Origin: Lingula anatina
Taxonomy: Eukaryota; Animalia; Brachiopoda
Assembly (NCBI GenBank): GCA_051362555.1
Contig: CM120644.1
Span: forward strand, 7,882,954-7,946,953
Direction of reading: 5' to 3'
Length of the DNA: 64,000 nt
Both the position numbers and the translations under genes were made by a program. The notes under the pieces were generated by a model, which saw nothing but the letters and a program-made list of their open reading frames with translations, did no database searches and was not told the DNA's origin. This document shows, piece by piece, positions 15,035 to 27,377 of the stretch; within the stretch, counting starts at the first letter, position 1, and each line of letters opens with the position of its first letter.

Positions 15035-16367
15035 AATAGAGCACTTTGGGCCACATAAAAAGTGCTGAAAAAAACCATTAAAAAAATTCACCTCCCATCT
15101 TGCCATTTATTGATTGCAGTGAAATAAAAGCACAGATGTCTACTTCTATCCATAACTCGACAGGGTTCATTTAACGCTCTCTCTCCCTCCGGGCTCATTG
15201 CTGTGCTCAGATCAAGACAGCTGATTACTCATCTTCATATTTAAAAAGAAAATTGCTTTTTTTTTGGATCGATCAACACATAGATATAAATGAGTCTTTG
15301 CATGTATTTCATTCTGCATCTATATAAATATTTATGGATTCATTTCTTCCAGCATTTATACATATATTCATTTTATATCTCATTCCTAACATTGTTTACT
15401 TGTGTAGTTTGCTGTTAATTATTAACCCATTAAGTAATTTATTTGCCAATTTAAGTTATTTATTTACTACACTCACTCATTCTGGGACAACAACTCACAT
15501 CTATCTAGTTACATATTTATTATCAAAAGAACAAACAAAAACACAAACATCAGGGATCAATATAAAAACAGTTCTAGGTCAAAAATTCCCCCTCGTCTTT
15601 TTGTCGCTCTGATCAATGCCAATACTTTCCCATGCTGTTCAGCAATATGAAGCATGCAGCTGTTCTTACATATATCGACCACAAATGTGTGCTTGGCGTA
15701 GACTTTGCACTGATATTCAAGTTAATAACGTGCAGCCGTTCAGTAACAGTACGGGGCAAGACGAAAAAAGCCCGGTAGCAAATACGAAATAGGCTACAAA
15801 TACGTTCATGTATATTTATCGCATCTGTATAAGAACTGGCACTAGATCTGACTATTGAATCTTTATCACATCCACCAGTTAGCATGTCTGAGTAAATGAA
15901 CCACAAAATTTTATTATGTACGCAAACGGGAGATCGGATACTGTAGCAGCTACGGGTTATTTAAAGTTGCACTTAAAGCGGCACGGGACATGCCATGCAT
16001 GTGGCACGGACGTGTACAATACATGCAGTATAATTTCGTCAAAGAAAGAGCAGTTTTATCTCCAAGTCACACATGTCTACACCACATCCGTCAGCTGCGC
16101 TTGTCACTCGTTGAAAAAAAAAAACACATGCAATATGATGCTAATTACAACACTGTTACCTTGTTTTAATATCTTATCCTTCGACGTTCGATCTGTCAGA
16201 CGCGCCGGGCCCTTTCTTTTGCTCGTCGCTTTCTTAAAGGGGCTTGGTGCGAAGCCTGACGTGAGGAAATAAGCCACCGGTATAAAAAGCCCACAGAAAA
16301 TGGTGAAAATCCCTGTTAATATTGGATAGTCGGCGACCAGAAGGATGGCCTGATACAGGAAAGCCAT
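4729..16367 (-). CDS. RETSAT: All-trans-retinol 13,14-reductase (retinol saturase)-like FAD oxidoreductase, 12 coding exons
   Basis: Exons (minus): 16367-16160, 13370-13188, 12262-12153, 11044-10907, 10489-10297, 9944-9744, 8738-8619, 8115-7989, 6549-6419, 5819-5653, 5303-5144, 4886-4729; phases are consistent throughout. Hydrophobic N-terminus, dinucleotide-binding motif [83 protein letters not shown] and [17 protein letters not shown] all match RETSAT/carotenoid-isomerase family proteins. Confidence 0.93.
8956..9300. mobile_element. TTAA-flanked non-autonomous DNA transposon (Kolobok-like MITE), copy 1
   Basis: Termini ttaa-agtgataataactcttcgt ... acgaagagttattatccct-ttaa are inverted repeats; internal gccatcaatggaggtcacgtggtctaaagacaagctcaga is shared with the copy at ~42333 and, in diverged form, ~10537. 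Confidence 0.7.
10537..10865. mobile_element. Diverged copy of the same Kolobok-like MITE family
   Basis: Begins ttaaagggg; shares atccatt..acattcaaagttag..tttttctaaaagtttggtttttg and ggtccatgtggtctgatgacaagc with 8956-9300. Confidence 0.55.
13465..13693. mobile_element. Small MITE with imperfect terminal inverted repeats (possibly Harbinger-like)
   Basis: Left gggtgcattcccagagattt(aga) versus right tctaaaatctatgggaatggggtc; no ORF; lies in RETSAT intron 1. Confidence 0.4.
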
Positions 16368-17828
16368 CGTCAGTGTTGTGAGAGTGAGAGAGTGCAGTAC
16401 ATGGAACACATGATGATTGGACGAGTCCAAGTGGTAGGGGCGAAAGGTTACAGTGTCTCTCGCTATCTCCGCCGAGATAATCGGCCGTGAATCCTGTACA
16501 AGATTAGTCGTCGTAGGTTACAGCCGAGCGAATCAACATTTATCAGAGTTTAGTATACAGATGTTTTATTCCCCTACTACCGTGTATGTACACTGTTCTC
16601 TTTTGTTGAAAGCGCCGTTCGGAATATATAGGCCTATATTTTGATTTCTTACGTCTTCACTCATTTTGAAAATAAACAGAAAAATATTTATAATAAAAAT
16701 GACTTGGTCTTTTTTTTAATTGTGAAATTAGACTACTAATCCTTCGTGAAAAGCATTTAGAGCGAATTGGAAAAGTTTAAAATTTAGAGAAATAACTAAT
16801 TTCTGTGTCTGCGACTCGAAAGAGATTGGTCAGAAAACGGACCAATGGACCCTACACAGTGTATAAGGCGATGGTTCCAGGAATTGTCTCGCGCCATAAG
16901 TCCACGACCGATTTCTTGGAAGTCTTTTGTGTAGGTCTATTATTAGTTATTGTTTGCATTTACGGTTTATTTATTAATTTTTAAAGTAGTCGAGTAGAAA
17001 GTCATCAATGAGGTCAAACTTCAGTGAAATTTGACTTATTGCTTTCAAGGGGGAATCCCATGCGTTCAACCTCATACAACAACAAAAATCATTAAACATA
17101 CTGGACTAAAATAGATGAAATATAGGATACTAACTACGTTACTTGACCTATTTTTACTGTAACACAAATCGTAAACAACGGCCACGTGGTGACATTTACA
17201 AGATCATAACAGATAAGTGAGCTGTGCTTAATATTTGTAAATAGATGCAGAAATGCGCAAATAATGAAACGGCATTAGGCGAATGCAACATATGCACAGT
17301 CGTAGCTGATATAGTTGGGGTCATCTGTGTAAACGACTGAAGGGCTTTGAACAAACTGGTTTATTTTTATTTAAAATTAAAGCGAATGTGAAGCCTAGCT
17401 ATGTTGAAGGTTAAGAGATGGACTTTCTCAGATGTCGAGATTAAACCAGATTTGGTTGGTTGGTTCTATAGTTTGCAGATAAGACTCTGCGCTGTATACC
17501 AGGAGCAGTACGCCTACTGGTAATTTGGAAGGGGGATTTTAAAAAACTTTTTTTTTCAATTTTATTTTCACTCTTTCTTTCTTTTTTCTTTATTTCTTAT
17601 TTTCGAGTTTTTATGTTTACCCCTTTTGACCGAGAAAGCCTAGCTATTTGGCATTAAAATCTGAATCATGAATATGACTGATTAATTTTTTGAACATTAA
17701 TTAACCGAAAAAATGAAGATTCAAGTAAACAAAAAGTTGTTGAATCTGTGGCAGTGAATCCTGCCAAACTGATACAGGGGCCAAATTAGCTTAGTTATTT
17801 TACTGGATCATTAATTCATTTGCCTTTA

Positions 17829-17871
<43 letters not shown>

Positions 17872-18946
17872 CTGTAATCAAAATTATTGAATTAATCATG
17901 CTACTTACCTGAGCTTAAATGAGACCAAGAAGAGAAAAAGATTGCCCGAGGTCAGCAAGTAACTAGGTTAGAACAGCTGCACCTTTGAAGGTAGCAATCG
18001 GGTCTTCGTAAAACGTAAATATACACCACCCGTCAGTTCTATGGCCTTTAATATAATATAGCAAAACATGCATACGCGTCCTATATAGGGCCTACTTTTA
18101 CAGGCAGACTGTGCCTTTGGGTAGGCCTATATGATTATTATTTTCAGCCAAGCTCATCCGACTTTTTTTTCTCAGGGCGGGTGAACTTTTAAGCCTATGT
18201 ATCTCGCTCATAGATAAATCATTGATAAATTATGCAACACCTGTAAGCCTCATGTCTGTTTACATAACACGACACCAAGATAAGTGCTACGTTTCTGTTG
18301 ACTTTCTATGCCTATAGTTTAAAGTATACATGTAGTTATAATGCTAGTGAGTTTGTGAGACCTTTTCTTTCTATTATTTTAAGTACCGAAAAAGTAGGGT
18401 GCATGCACGCGCATATAATTTGTAACAGAATAAAATATGCAATCCCGTCCACCCCCCCCCCTCAAGACACACGTCCACGCACGTTATCACACACACACAC
18501 ACACATGTACACACACACACACATTTAAACAATCCGTGCCTGACACACATACATCTTATCAACATATTGTCTTAAATATACATGCAAGTATATTCTTCCA
18601 GAATGTTAAAAATATGAAAGAAAAGAAAAAAAAATCGTTATGTGCGAAATACCCAACAAGACGGTCACCAAAACAACTTATTTGTAACGTCGCTAAAGTA
18701 ACGTCACCCGCTACTATAGAAACTAATAAACAACGCGAGCACGACGTTACGTCAACGTGCACAGACCGTTATGAACAAAACGTTTTCCATTTTTCTGTCT
18801 TGGAGAATATCCGCCGATTCACAGCCTTGCTGCAAAGAATATCGGCATTTTGCGATGCATTAAAAGAGATGTCTCTTTCCCCTCGAATCGAGTCTGCTGG
18901 AGATTTTTGTATCGGGTTATTAGCTTCATTGCCTTCTAAGGAGAAA

Positions 18947-19022
18947 ATGGTCAAGGAAATTACAACTAATGAGATATCGGTAATGTCGCTCGATTCATGT
19001 ACCACTGAATCGAATCACAAAA
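18947..19022 (+). other. Candidate alternative first exon or uORF-containing exon of the downstream gene
   Basis: aaaATGG context, reads MVKEITTNEISVMSLDSCTTESNHK, ends at a consensus donor AA/gtaagt (phase 1), in a CpG-richer region. It is in frame with the large exon only if a weak acceptor at 20896 is used. Confidence 0.4.
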
Positions 19023-20676
19023 GTAAGTAGGCACATACTGTGCTATTCTAAATGGATGTACCTTCTTAACGAAAAAAATCAATCCATCAACATTAGATCA
19101 CATTGAAATAGGATAATGGTCAACGGTGTAGATATTTCTCTTATCAAACTTATTCCGAACAACATTAGGTCTAGATAAAAATATATTTAATTGCACTTGA
19201 TTAGAAATTAAAAAAGAAGCCAGCAATCTTCTGTTATTGTTTTCTATTAATCGTTATACATTCGTTTCTCTTTCTAATGTTCGTTTCCCTAAAAGCTCTA
19301 TGATTTTAGTAAAATAAATACATTGGATGGCCTATCTTCATCTACATTTTAGGAGAAGAAAGTGTTGTCAAAAGTATAGGAGATGGGGTCGATAGTTGCA
19401 GCAGTGTAGATATCAGAGTGGAAAAGTCAAAGGTACGTAAAAAAATAGGGGTAAATGGCACAGAGTTACCTCCCTCGTACTCTCAGAAAGTTAGGTGTTA
19501 TGGTGTTATGAAACTGGAAACCGGGTGGAGGGAGTGGGGTTGGGGAGGAAATTACACACCCATAAAATAAACAATTTTAATTTCACGCATTGAGATACGC
19601 AGATTCGATGACTGTTATATTCTGAAGTCATTTGAATTATCACGAAAATGAATTTTAGGTCCTTTCAGTTTTCTGTGTTGTACCAATTTGAGAGACTGAA
19701 AACTCAGTATTAATAGTCGCAAGAGAGTGGCCTAAAATGAACTCTTTAAGTTCGAAACGGTAAGTTAACCGGATTAATTTTTGGAAGGTACATCGGGGCT
19801 TGTGAAAGGGAGTAACCCTCCCCCTCCTCCCCCAACGTAATATTAATAATAATAATAATAATAGTAATAATATGAATTCGCCCCAGTCTTCAACTGTTGC
19901 AAGACAGAAAAATGGACCGCTCAATGTGAAAAGGGCCTTAGATAGGAACGCACGATGCGCTGTCATAAGTAACCTTCCCGTTACTCACGAGGCGCGTGAC
20001 AGTCCCGTGACTGGTCATTGTACCTGAAAACAAATTGACATCAAACGTGACCATTATCTCAAAAATTCACATGCCAGTGGAATTGAAAAGCTGGGAGCTC
20101 TTAACTGCAAAAATCAAATTGCGAGGTGAGGTACAGCTGCAGTTAATTTAAGACTGTAGATATAATAGGGAAATAGACTGTAATCTTGGTGAATTTATCC
20201 TAATAATAGAGACTTAACCAAAACGTTACAGATGCATATGTTACTTGAGGCAAGTAATAGGCCTACTAAAGCCACTAATAGACATGGCACTGGCTGATCA
20301 AAGAAACACGTGTAACGTGTTTGTCTGTGTGTGTGTGTGTGTGTGTGCTTGCACGTACGTAGGCCTACGTGACCGCGAGCAAGACCCAGTGTATACTATA
20401 TTTGCCCGTGTGTATGTGCGCGCACGAGCGTGTGTGTGTGAGGGGGGTGTAACAGTTGTCTTACTGCTGGGTCCCCTTCTGTACAAAGACGCCCTTCTTT
20501 TTTTTCGTGAAAACTCACAAAGGACTGCTAAATGATAAACGACAGAGATGCAGTTCATTATTCCTTTAATACAAGAGATGGCGACTGACTTTAACAAATT
20601 AAAACTCATGGCGATTAATCATGAGTTTGGGCTTTGAAAAGACTTTTGGTAAAAGCTGGTATAAATCACGTCCAAA

Positions 20677-23600
20677 ATGTGTAAAACAGAGGTAAGTAAA
20701 CTATTTAGGAAGAAAAATTGGTATACGTAGCGTCGAATAAGAGGGGGAGGGGGGAAGGCTACACTGTGAAACGCGGTGATGTTTTCTATCTATCTGCTAT
20801 CACATGAAAAAAATGATAATAATAATTGGACATGAATTGGTATTGCAGATTTTAAATCAGGCCGACATTTGATCTCTTGCAGAGTGATGTGACAGCCACT
20901 CCCACCGGTTACGATGCCGACATCGACACCGACACGGAGGTTGACATCGACACGACCAAGGCTTTTCTTGACGACAGTTTGGTGGCGGCGCTTGATCTGA
21001 GGTCCGAACCTGTGAGTGACCCGCAGACGGTGGTGGCCATGCAGCAGGTGAAGAACGAAAGTTCGATCAGTGAAACTGCCGCTGCCGGCCACGCAGAAAC
21101 AGATGGGCAAACAGAGTCAGAAGCAGGTGAAACTACGTCATGTGGCAAACAGGACGAGAGCACCGATGCCATTGAAGCTGACGCAACTGGACGCGTGTGT
21201 ACTGGTGGCGAAGGGAAACTGCCCGATGACACCTCTGGTGCAGAGAATCACGCCTCTCCAACAGAAGATACGCAAGATGTTACAAATGGTGTGAATGAAG
21301 AGCAGGCAAACTTCGTGGACACAACCACTCCTTGTGTTGACAAACAAGATAATGAAGTAGGCGAGACAGAGTGTTTGACTGAAAACGGAGAATTGGTCCC
21401 CTCCGAGTCGGGTGAAGCACTCTCTAGCTGCAGCAACCATTCCACTGAATCTGAAAAGACAGCCCTTTTCGCCAACAGGCGTGACGAGACCGCCTCTGGT
21501 AAGCTCCTCAACAAATCAAGCAGCTGCCATGAGTATGGGACTTTCACTGACAGTCGGGAAAAGCAAAGGCAGCAAAAGGCAATAAGAAGTTCCTCCATGA
21601 CTGCTCGAGACACACAAGACAGGGATTTTGTACGTGGGTCTAGGACAGAAAATGATCCCTCCACCGAGACCACAGCAGCTGTTGATATTGGCAACAATGA
21701 TGTCCCTACTCACACAGAGACGGCTGATATAATGAAAGCCCAAAGAGAGGAGTTTGGAGAAGAGTTTGAAGAGAACAGAAGTGAAGAGACACTTGACTGG
21801 GCCAGCACAATGGAACAACTGGACTTGGAAAGAAAGACAGAAGGGCAGGAGAGTGACACCGCAGCTCCACCTGGTGTCGACGAAGAAGGCATTACAACAA
21901 AGACAACAGACTGCTTGGATTTTAATGCGCACAATGCTCATGTCACATCTGATAATGGCCTTGCAGCTCATCAGCCGCAGGTTAATCCCTTGCCTCAACT
22001 GGTTCCCCCAGGAATGATCATCTACACAATGCCCGAGGGCTTGCCGCAGCAAATGGTTGGCAACATCGTACAGGCATATCCCCAAAGCACACAGCAGTGT
22101 GCCATGGGACCTTTCCCCCAGCCTAATGGAAGTCAAGCCCCAGATGGTCTAGTTGCATGTCCCAGTGGAGTTATTAGTGACAGGGGTGGCGTCTCTGACG
22201 AACAGGGCTCGGTAAACAGCACTGATTCTGACTGGAACTCCGGATACCCCCAGCAGCAGCAGCAGCAGCATCAGCAGCAGCAGGGACAACAGCAAGGAGG
22301 CTGCAATCAGCAGCAACAGCAGGTGGTTGTTGGGGACATGGCCAACTGGGCTGGGTACTACGTCCAAGCACCTGTGGGTTACCCAAATGTGCAGGCTGTT
22401 CTGGGTAACCGGCAGGCTCAGCAGGTACAGGTGGTCTATGCAGACAAGTCTGTGCAGAACCCTTCCATGGTGATGACAGGTAACATGAATATGGAATTTT
22501 AAATTTTAAATGACTCATTTTATGGTAGCTAGATTGCATTTTTTGTGTATGTAAGGCCACACTTTTTTATTTTTATGCATGACATCCTCTGGGGACCCCA
22601 AAATCGGTGCGAGTGGGCGAAAAAAAAAGTTCAAAAAAAAAATAAAATAAAATAAAATAAAAAAAAAAAAAATAGGGCCTACTGCTGAAGTAAAGGAATG
22701 CTGTCAGTACACAGCTGGAAATACAAATTTACCACAGAAACACGTATCGAACTAACAATATGCCTTTATCCATGCTCTCAAAATATTAAAGCATTGTGAA
22801 TACTTCGTAAAAGGTAAAAAAAAGTCATGAATAGATATGATGCATATTACCAAATCTATTTAGGGGTTATTTCGGTCGATACCATTTTGTCTACTTCGAC
22901 TCACATGAAGCAGTCAAACTGTCGGGTGGCTTGTCCGAACTTAAGCCCACCAAATGCCTCGACACCCTTGTCGACCCTTTTTTTGCTACAAAAAACCTGG
23001 TATGTGCTGCTTTGGACAGAATGTCACTGAAATGTTCCGGGCGATAATCGCTGGCCGCCACCAGCCTTTCGTATAATTGTAAAAAGGTGATATCTCCATG
23101 CCCAATATCATTGGCATACCAATCCAAAACGTCGGCCCCCGTTCTCTTTATGACTTACGTGTAATTTGAAAGTAATCCTAGAGATGAATTTGACGGCAAA
23201 GCGGATATATTTCCTCGTGGCAATAATATGCATGCACAGAAAGCTCATTTTACAGCGAATTTAATAACGATGTTTGCGACAACCGACTTCGTTGTGGTGA
23301 TTTTTTTTTTCGGAGAACGGGCGAAGATCGGTGCGCGTGCAGGATGTCATCCATAAAAATAAAAAAGTGTGGCCTAAAGTTAATTACGCGATAATACTCT
23401 TCAAAGACCTTCTATTTTGCAAAGTGCCTGTGCCTCTTTTTTTAAATTTTATTTTGTTTTTATATTCCAATTTGGCAAAGTACAGTATTAAAGGATTTGC
23501 TTCTTGCCGTCAGAATGGCCTGAACGGAACATATTCTTCAGAAAACATGCCCAACTAACGATATCTTTATCCAAATACACAAATTAAAAGCTCATTTTGT

Positions 23601-26600
23601 AAATGTTTGGCTTTAAAAAACGTCCTATTTGCTCGGCCTGGGAGTTAATGAGCAACGTGGTCACGTGGTCCGATGACGACAATCGAGCCACTGGAGAACA
23701 GAGCGTGCTTAGCTGTCAAACTGAGCTGCATTGTCTACCTGTAAGATGACTTCTCTGGCTTCTGATAAAAGTTAATACTCATTCAAATCTCTTACCCGAC
23801 GGATCTAAATCCTCATGAAGCTGTGTAAAACCATTCCCGTCTAGTCAATTCTTTAACGAGCATTTAATTATGGTTATCCCAAGTTGTATAAAACACTGCA
23901 TTTGAATGAGGAAAGGGTACTGTGGATTATTGCATATGAGGTCCATGTTATTTGTGAAATTCAATTAATTTTATTAAACCGCTGACACTCCGTCCTGCAT
24001 ACTTTTCTTAAACTGAGGTAAACAATGCCCGTTACCTTTACAAGTCCTATATTAATCATCCATCTAACTGGAACTTCCTTTACCTCTTAATTAGAGGGTT
24101 AAATGGCTGGCGATATTTATCTCAGGTAAAAATCTACCTGTGCTTTAGTTTCAAAGAGCAGCTCCCGCAGACCTGGGGGTACTAGATAAAATCTGAACAC
24201 CGGGGTTTATTGAGGAGCTAGAGAAACAACGGAAGAATTTTAGCACGGACTTGATCCAGCTTAGACCTTCTAATTAACAGGGTTACATGGGCAATTTTCA
24301 AATACAAAATAAACAAATAATAAAACTATATTTCAGTTAGCCTCCTCTTAAATAAATATATTGTTCTGGATAAATTAGAACATTTATTAAATCGACAGAA
24401 AATTTTTGACTTGAATGATCATTTTATTATTAATGGAAATTAAGCTACTATATGGGGCACATTTGCTGAGATTACGCTGTTCTTGATGTTTTGCGTTAGT
24501 CTACATTTTGCTGTGCGTGCTTGGAATTTTTTAATTTTTTATGTACAGACACAGATGTGTCTGTACATATTGCCATCACCTGCGTCTGTCGTCGCCGATG
24601 CCGATGCCGATGGCGATGCCGATGCCGATGCCGTCGCCGGCGCCGTGCACTTTCCTTGTAAACACGATAAGTGGAAGGCAGTTTCACTTTTTGACTTTAT
24701 ATTTACAGAGCTGATGAATATTCATAAAACGCAGGTCAAGTTCGAAAATCAGCATGATCGGGCCATTATTGTAGAAGTTATGCTGTTTTTTCACTTTTCA
24801 GCATATATGCAACCTTGTAAACACATTTTAAGGAAAACCGTTAGGCCTGTTGTCATGAAACTCACAGGAGTAATCAATCTTACTAAAACGCAGGTCAAGT
24901 TCGAAAATCAGCATGATCGGGCCACTATTTTAGTAGTTATGCGGTTTTTTCATTGTTCAGCATATATGCAACACTGTAAACACAATATAAGAAAAACAGA
25001 AAGCCCAATTGTAATTAAACTCACAGGAATGGTCAGTCTTACTAAAATGCAGGTTGAGTTTGAAAATCAGCATAATCGGGGCATTATTTTAGAAGTTATG
25101 CTGTTTTTTCACATTTCCTCAGATTTCCTCAGATTTAATTCTTAGGCATGTTAATAGCCTTATTATTTAAGTAATAAGATACGTAAAGGTGTTTGTTTGA
25201 CATTTTCTGCATCTTTACAACATTGTTAGTTGATTATGTAAAAATGATGTTAAACCTGTTATCATGTATTGTGTAATCAAGTGTCAAAAACGGAAATAAA
25301 CTCATATCATTGCAGTTTGTCAGATTCAATCATCCACTATGTTCAGAATCTCAGAATGGAGGAAATTGGACATTTAACACTGTTCTATTGATATTTTTCT
25401 CATCTCATCAATTTTCTTAGTTGGTCATAAAAAAATGGCAGTAAAATGTTTATTTTGTTTTATGTTAAAAAAGTGTTAAAAATGGAAATAAACCCATTTC
25501 AGAACAGTGCTGTCTTGTTTACATTTTGGCATTTTCAAGATGTGACTTTGAAGTTCCATGGGCCTGAAGACCTTTGCTAGTCACATTTTCTGAATATCTG
25601 TGATACTAATATTTTATAATTAAAAATTAATGGTCATTATGCTGTTAAACATTATGTTATATTGCATCAAAATTTGAAGAAACCCCTATTTTGGGCACTG
25701 CTCCCATGATGACCATTTAAGGAAAATCATGTCACTTACTGTTCTCAAACTGACAAGAAAGAAACATGGGACTAAAATACAGCTTCAGTAGGCAATGCAG
25801 TCTGTTTGATAACTTTTTCTGGCAGTTAAACAGTTTTTTGTGAAAATTTAATTTTTCACATGTTGGCATTTTTAAGGTGTGATTTTGAAGTTCCATGATC
25901 GTGAAGACCTTTGCTTGTCATGTTTTCTGAATGTCCATGTTACTAATATTTTATTAATAACATTTGATGGTCATTATGCTGTTAAACATTATGTAATGTT
26001 GCATCAAAATTTGAAAAAAAAAACTATTTTGGGCACTGCTCCTATGATGACCATTTAAGGGAAATCATGTTACTTACTGTTCTCAAACTTACAGGAAAGA
26101 AACATGGGTCTAACATACAGCTTCAGTAGGCAATGCAGTCTGTTTGGTAAATTTTTCTGGCAATTTAACAGTTTTTTTGTGAAAATTTAATTTTTCACTT
26201 CTTGGCATTTTCAAGGTGCGACTTAGAACCTCCACGGGCTTGAAGACCCATGCTAGTCACATTTTCTGAAAATCCATGACACATGTATTTTATTATTAAA
26301 AATTGATGTATTATGCTGTTAAGCATTATGTAATGTTGCATCAAAATAGAAGAAAACACAATTTTGGGTGCTTCTGCCATGATGACCATTATGGGAAAAC
26401 CGTGTTACTTATGATTGTCAAACTTTCAAAAAAGAAACACAGGACTAAAATGCAGCCCGAGTTGGAAAAGCAGTCTAATTGGCTTCTTTTTCTGGAAGTT
26501 ATACATTTTAGTGAAATATTCATTATCTTTTTGGCATATTCATTGTGGGACTCGGAGCTCCCATGGACATGAAGCCAGATGGTAATCAAATTTTCTACAT

Positions 26601-27309
26601 GTTCATGCTATTTATAGTCAATAATCAAAAATTGGTGATAATTATTCTATAATTTATTATGTAATGTTACATCAAAATTGACAATAATCTTTTTGCACTG
26701 CTACTGCAAACATTATGAAAAGAAAACTGTGTTATTTATTATTATATTTAACTTATGAGTATGATTTTTAGGATTGGCATGCAGTTCAAATTAGAAAGCC
26801 AGGTCAATTGGGTTATCATTTATTATTGAATTTTATGCAATTTTGTGTGAAATTTCATTTTTCTCATTCTGGCACTTTCTAAGTATAAACTTGAACACTG
26901 ATGGGCCTGAAGCCTTATGCTTTTACTTTCGTTGGTGTTACCTGTTGTGCAAAATTAAAATTTGATGTTGACTGTGCAGTTAAACACAATGTATTATTGC
27001 ATCAGAATTGGTAGTCTCCTATTTTGTGCATTATTGTTTTGTGCTTTTCTTAAGTTGTGACTTATGGGCCTGAAAGACCTTTGAGAGGGTCAGTCTGTAA
27101 ATTTCCCTTGGGTATCACTTAGCTAATTTCAGAGTTATAAAGTCATTTGCTTTAATAGGCCATGAAATGAGATTACATAAAGCACACTTGTCGATATTTC
27201 CCTGTAAACTCCCATAGATTAAGCTCTCTGCTAGATTAATAATAAGGAAGCAGTGATAATTATGCAGGTGAATTTTGTTTAATATTGCAAATAAGTTTTT
27301 AATATATAT

Positions 27310-27377
<68 letters not shown>

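Noticed and set aside
18437-19030. 197-aa ORF
   Set aside because: Runs through poly-C, (CA)n and poly-A tracts; only the last ~25 codons are plausible as an exon.
20790-22560. Several overlapping minus-strand and alternative-frame ORFs
   Set aside because: Shadows of the GC-richer large coding exon on the plus strand.
24483-25145. 220-aa ORF with internal repeats
   Set aside because: It is the translation of a microsatellite plus 159-bp tandem repeats of a HINE-like element; no recognisable domain and a TTG start.
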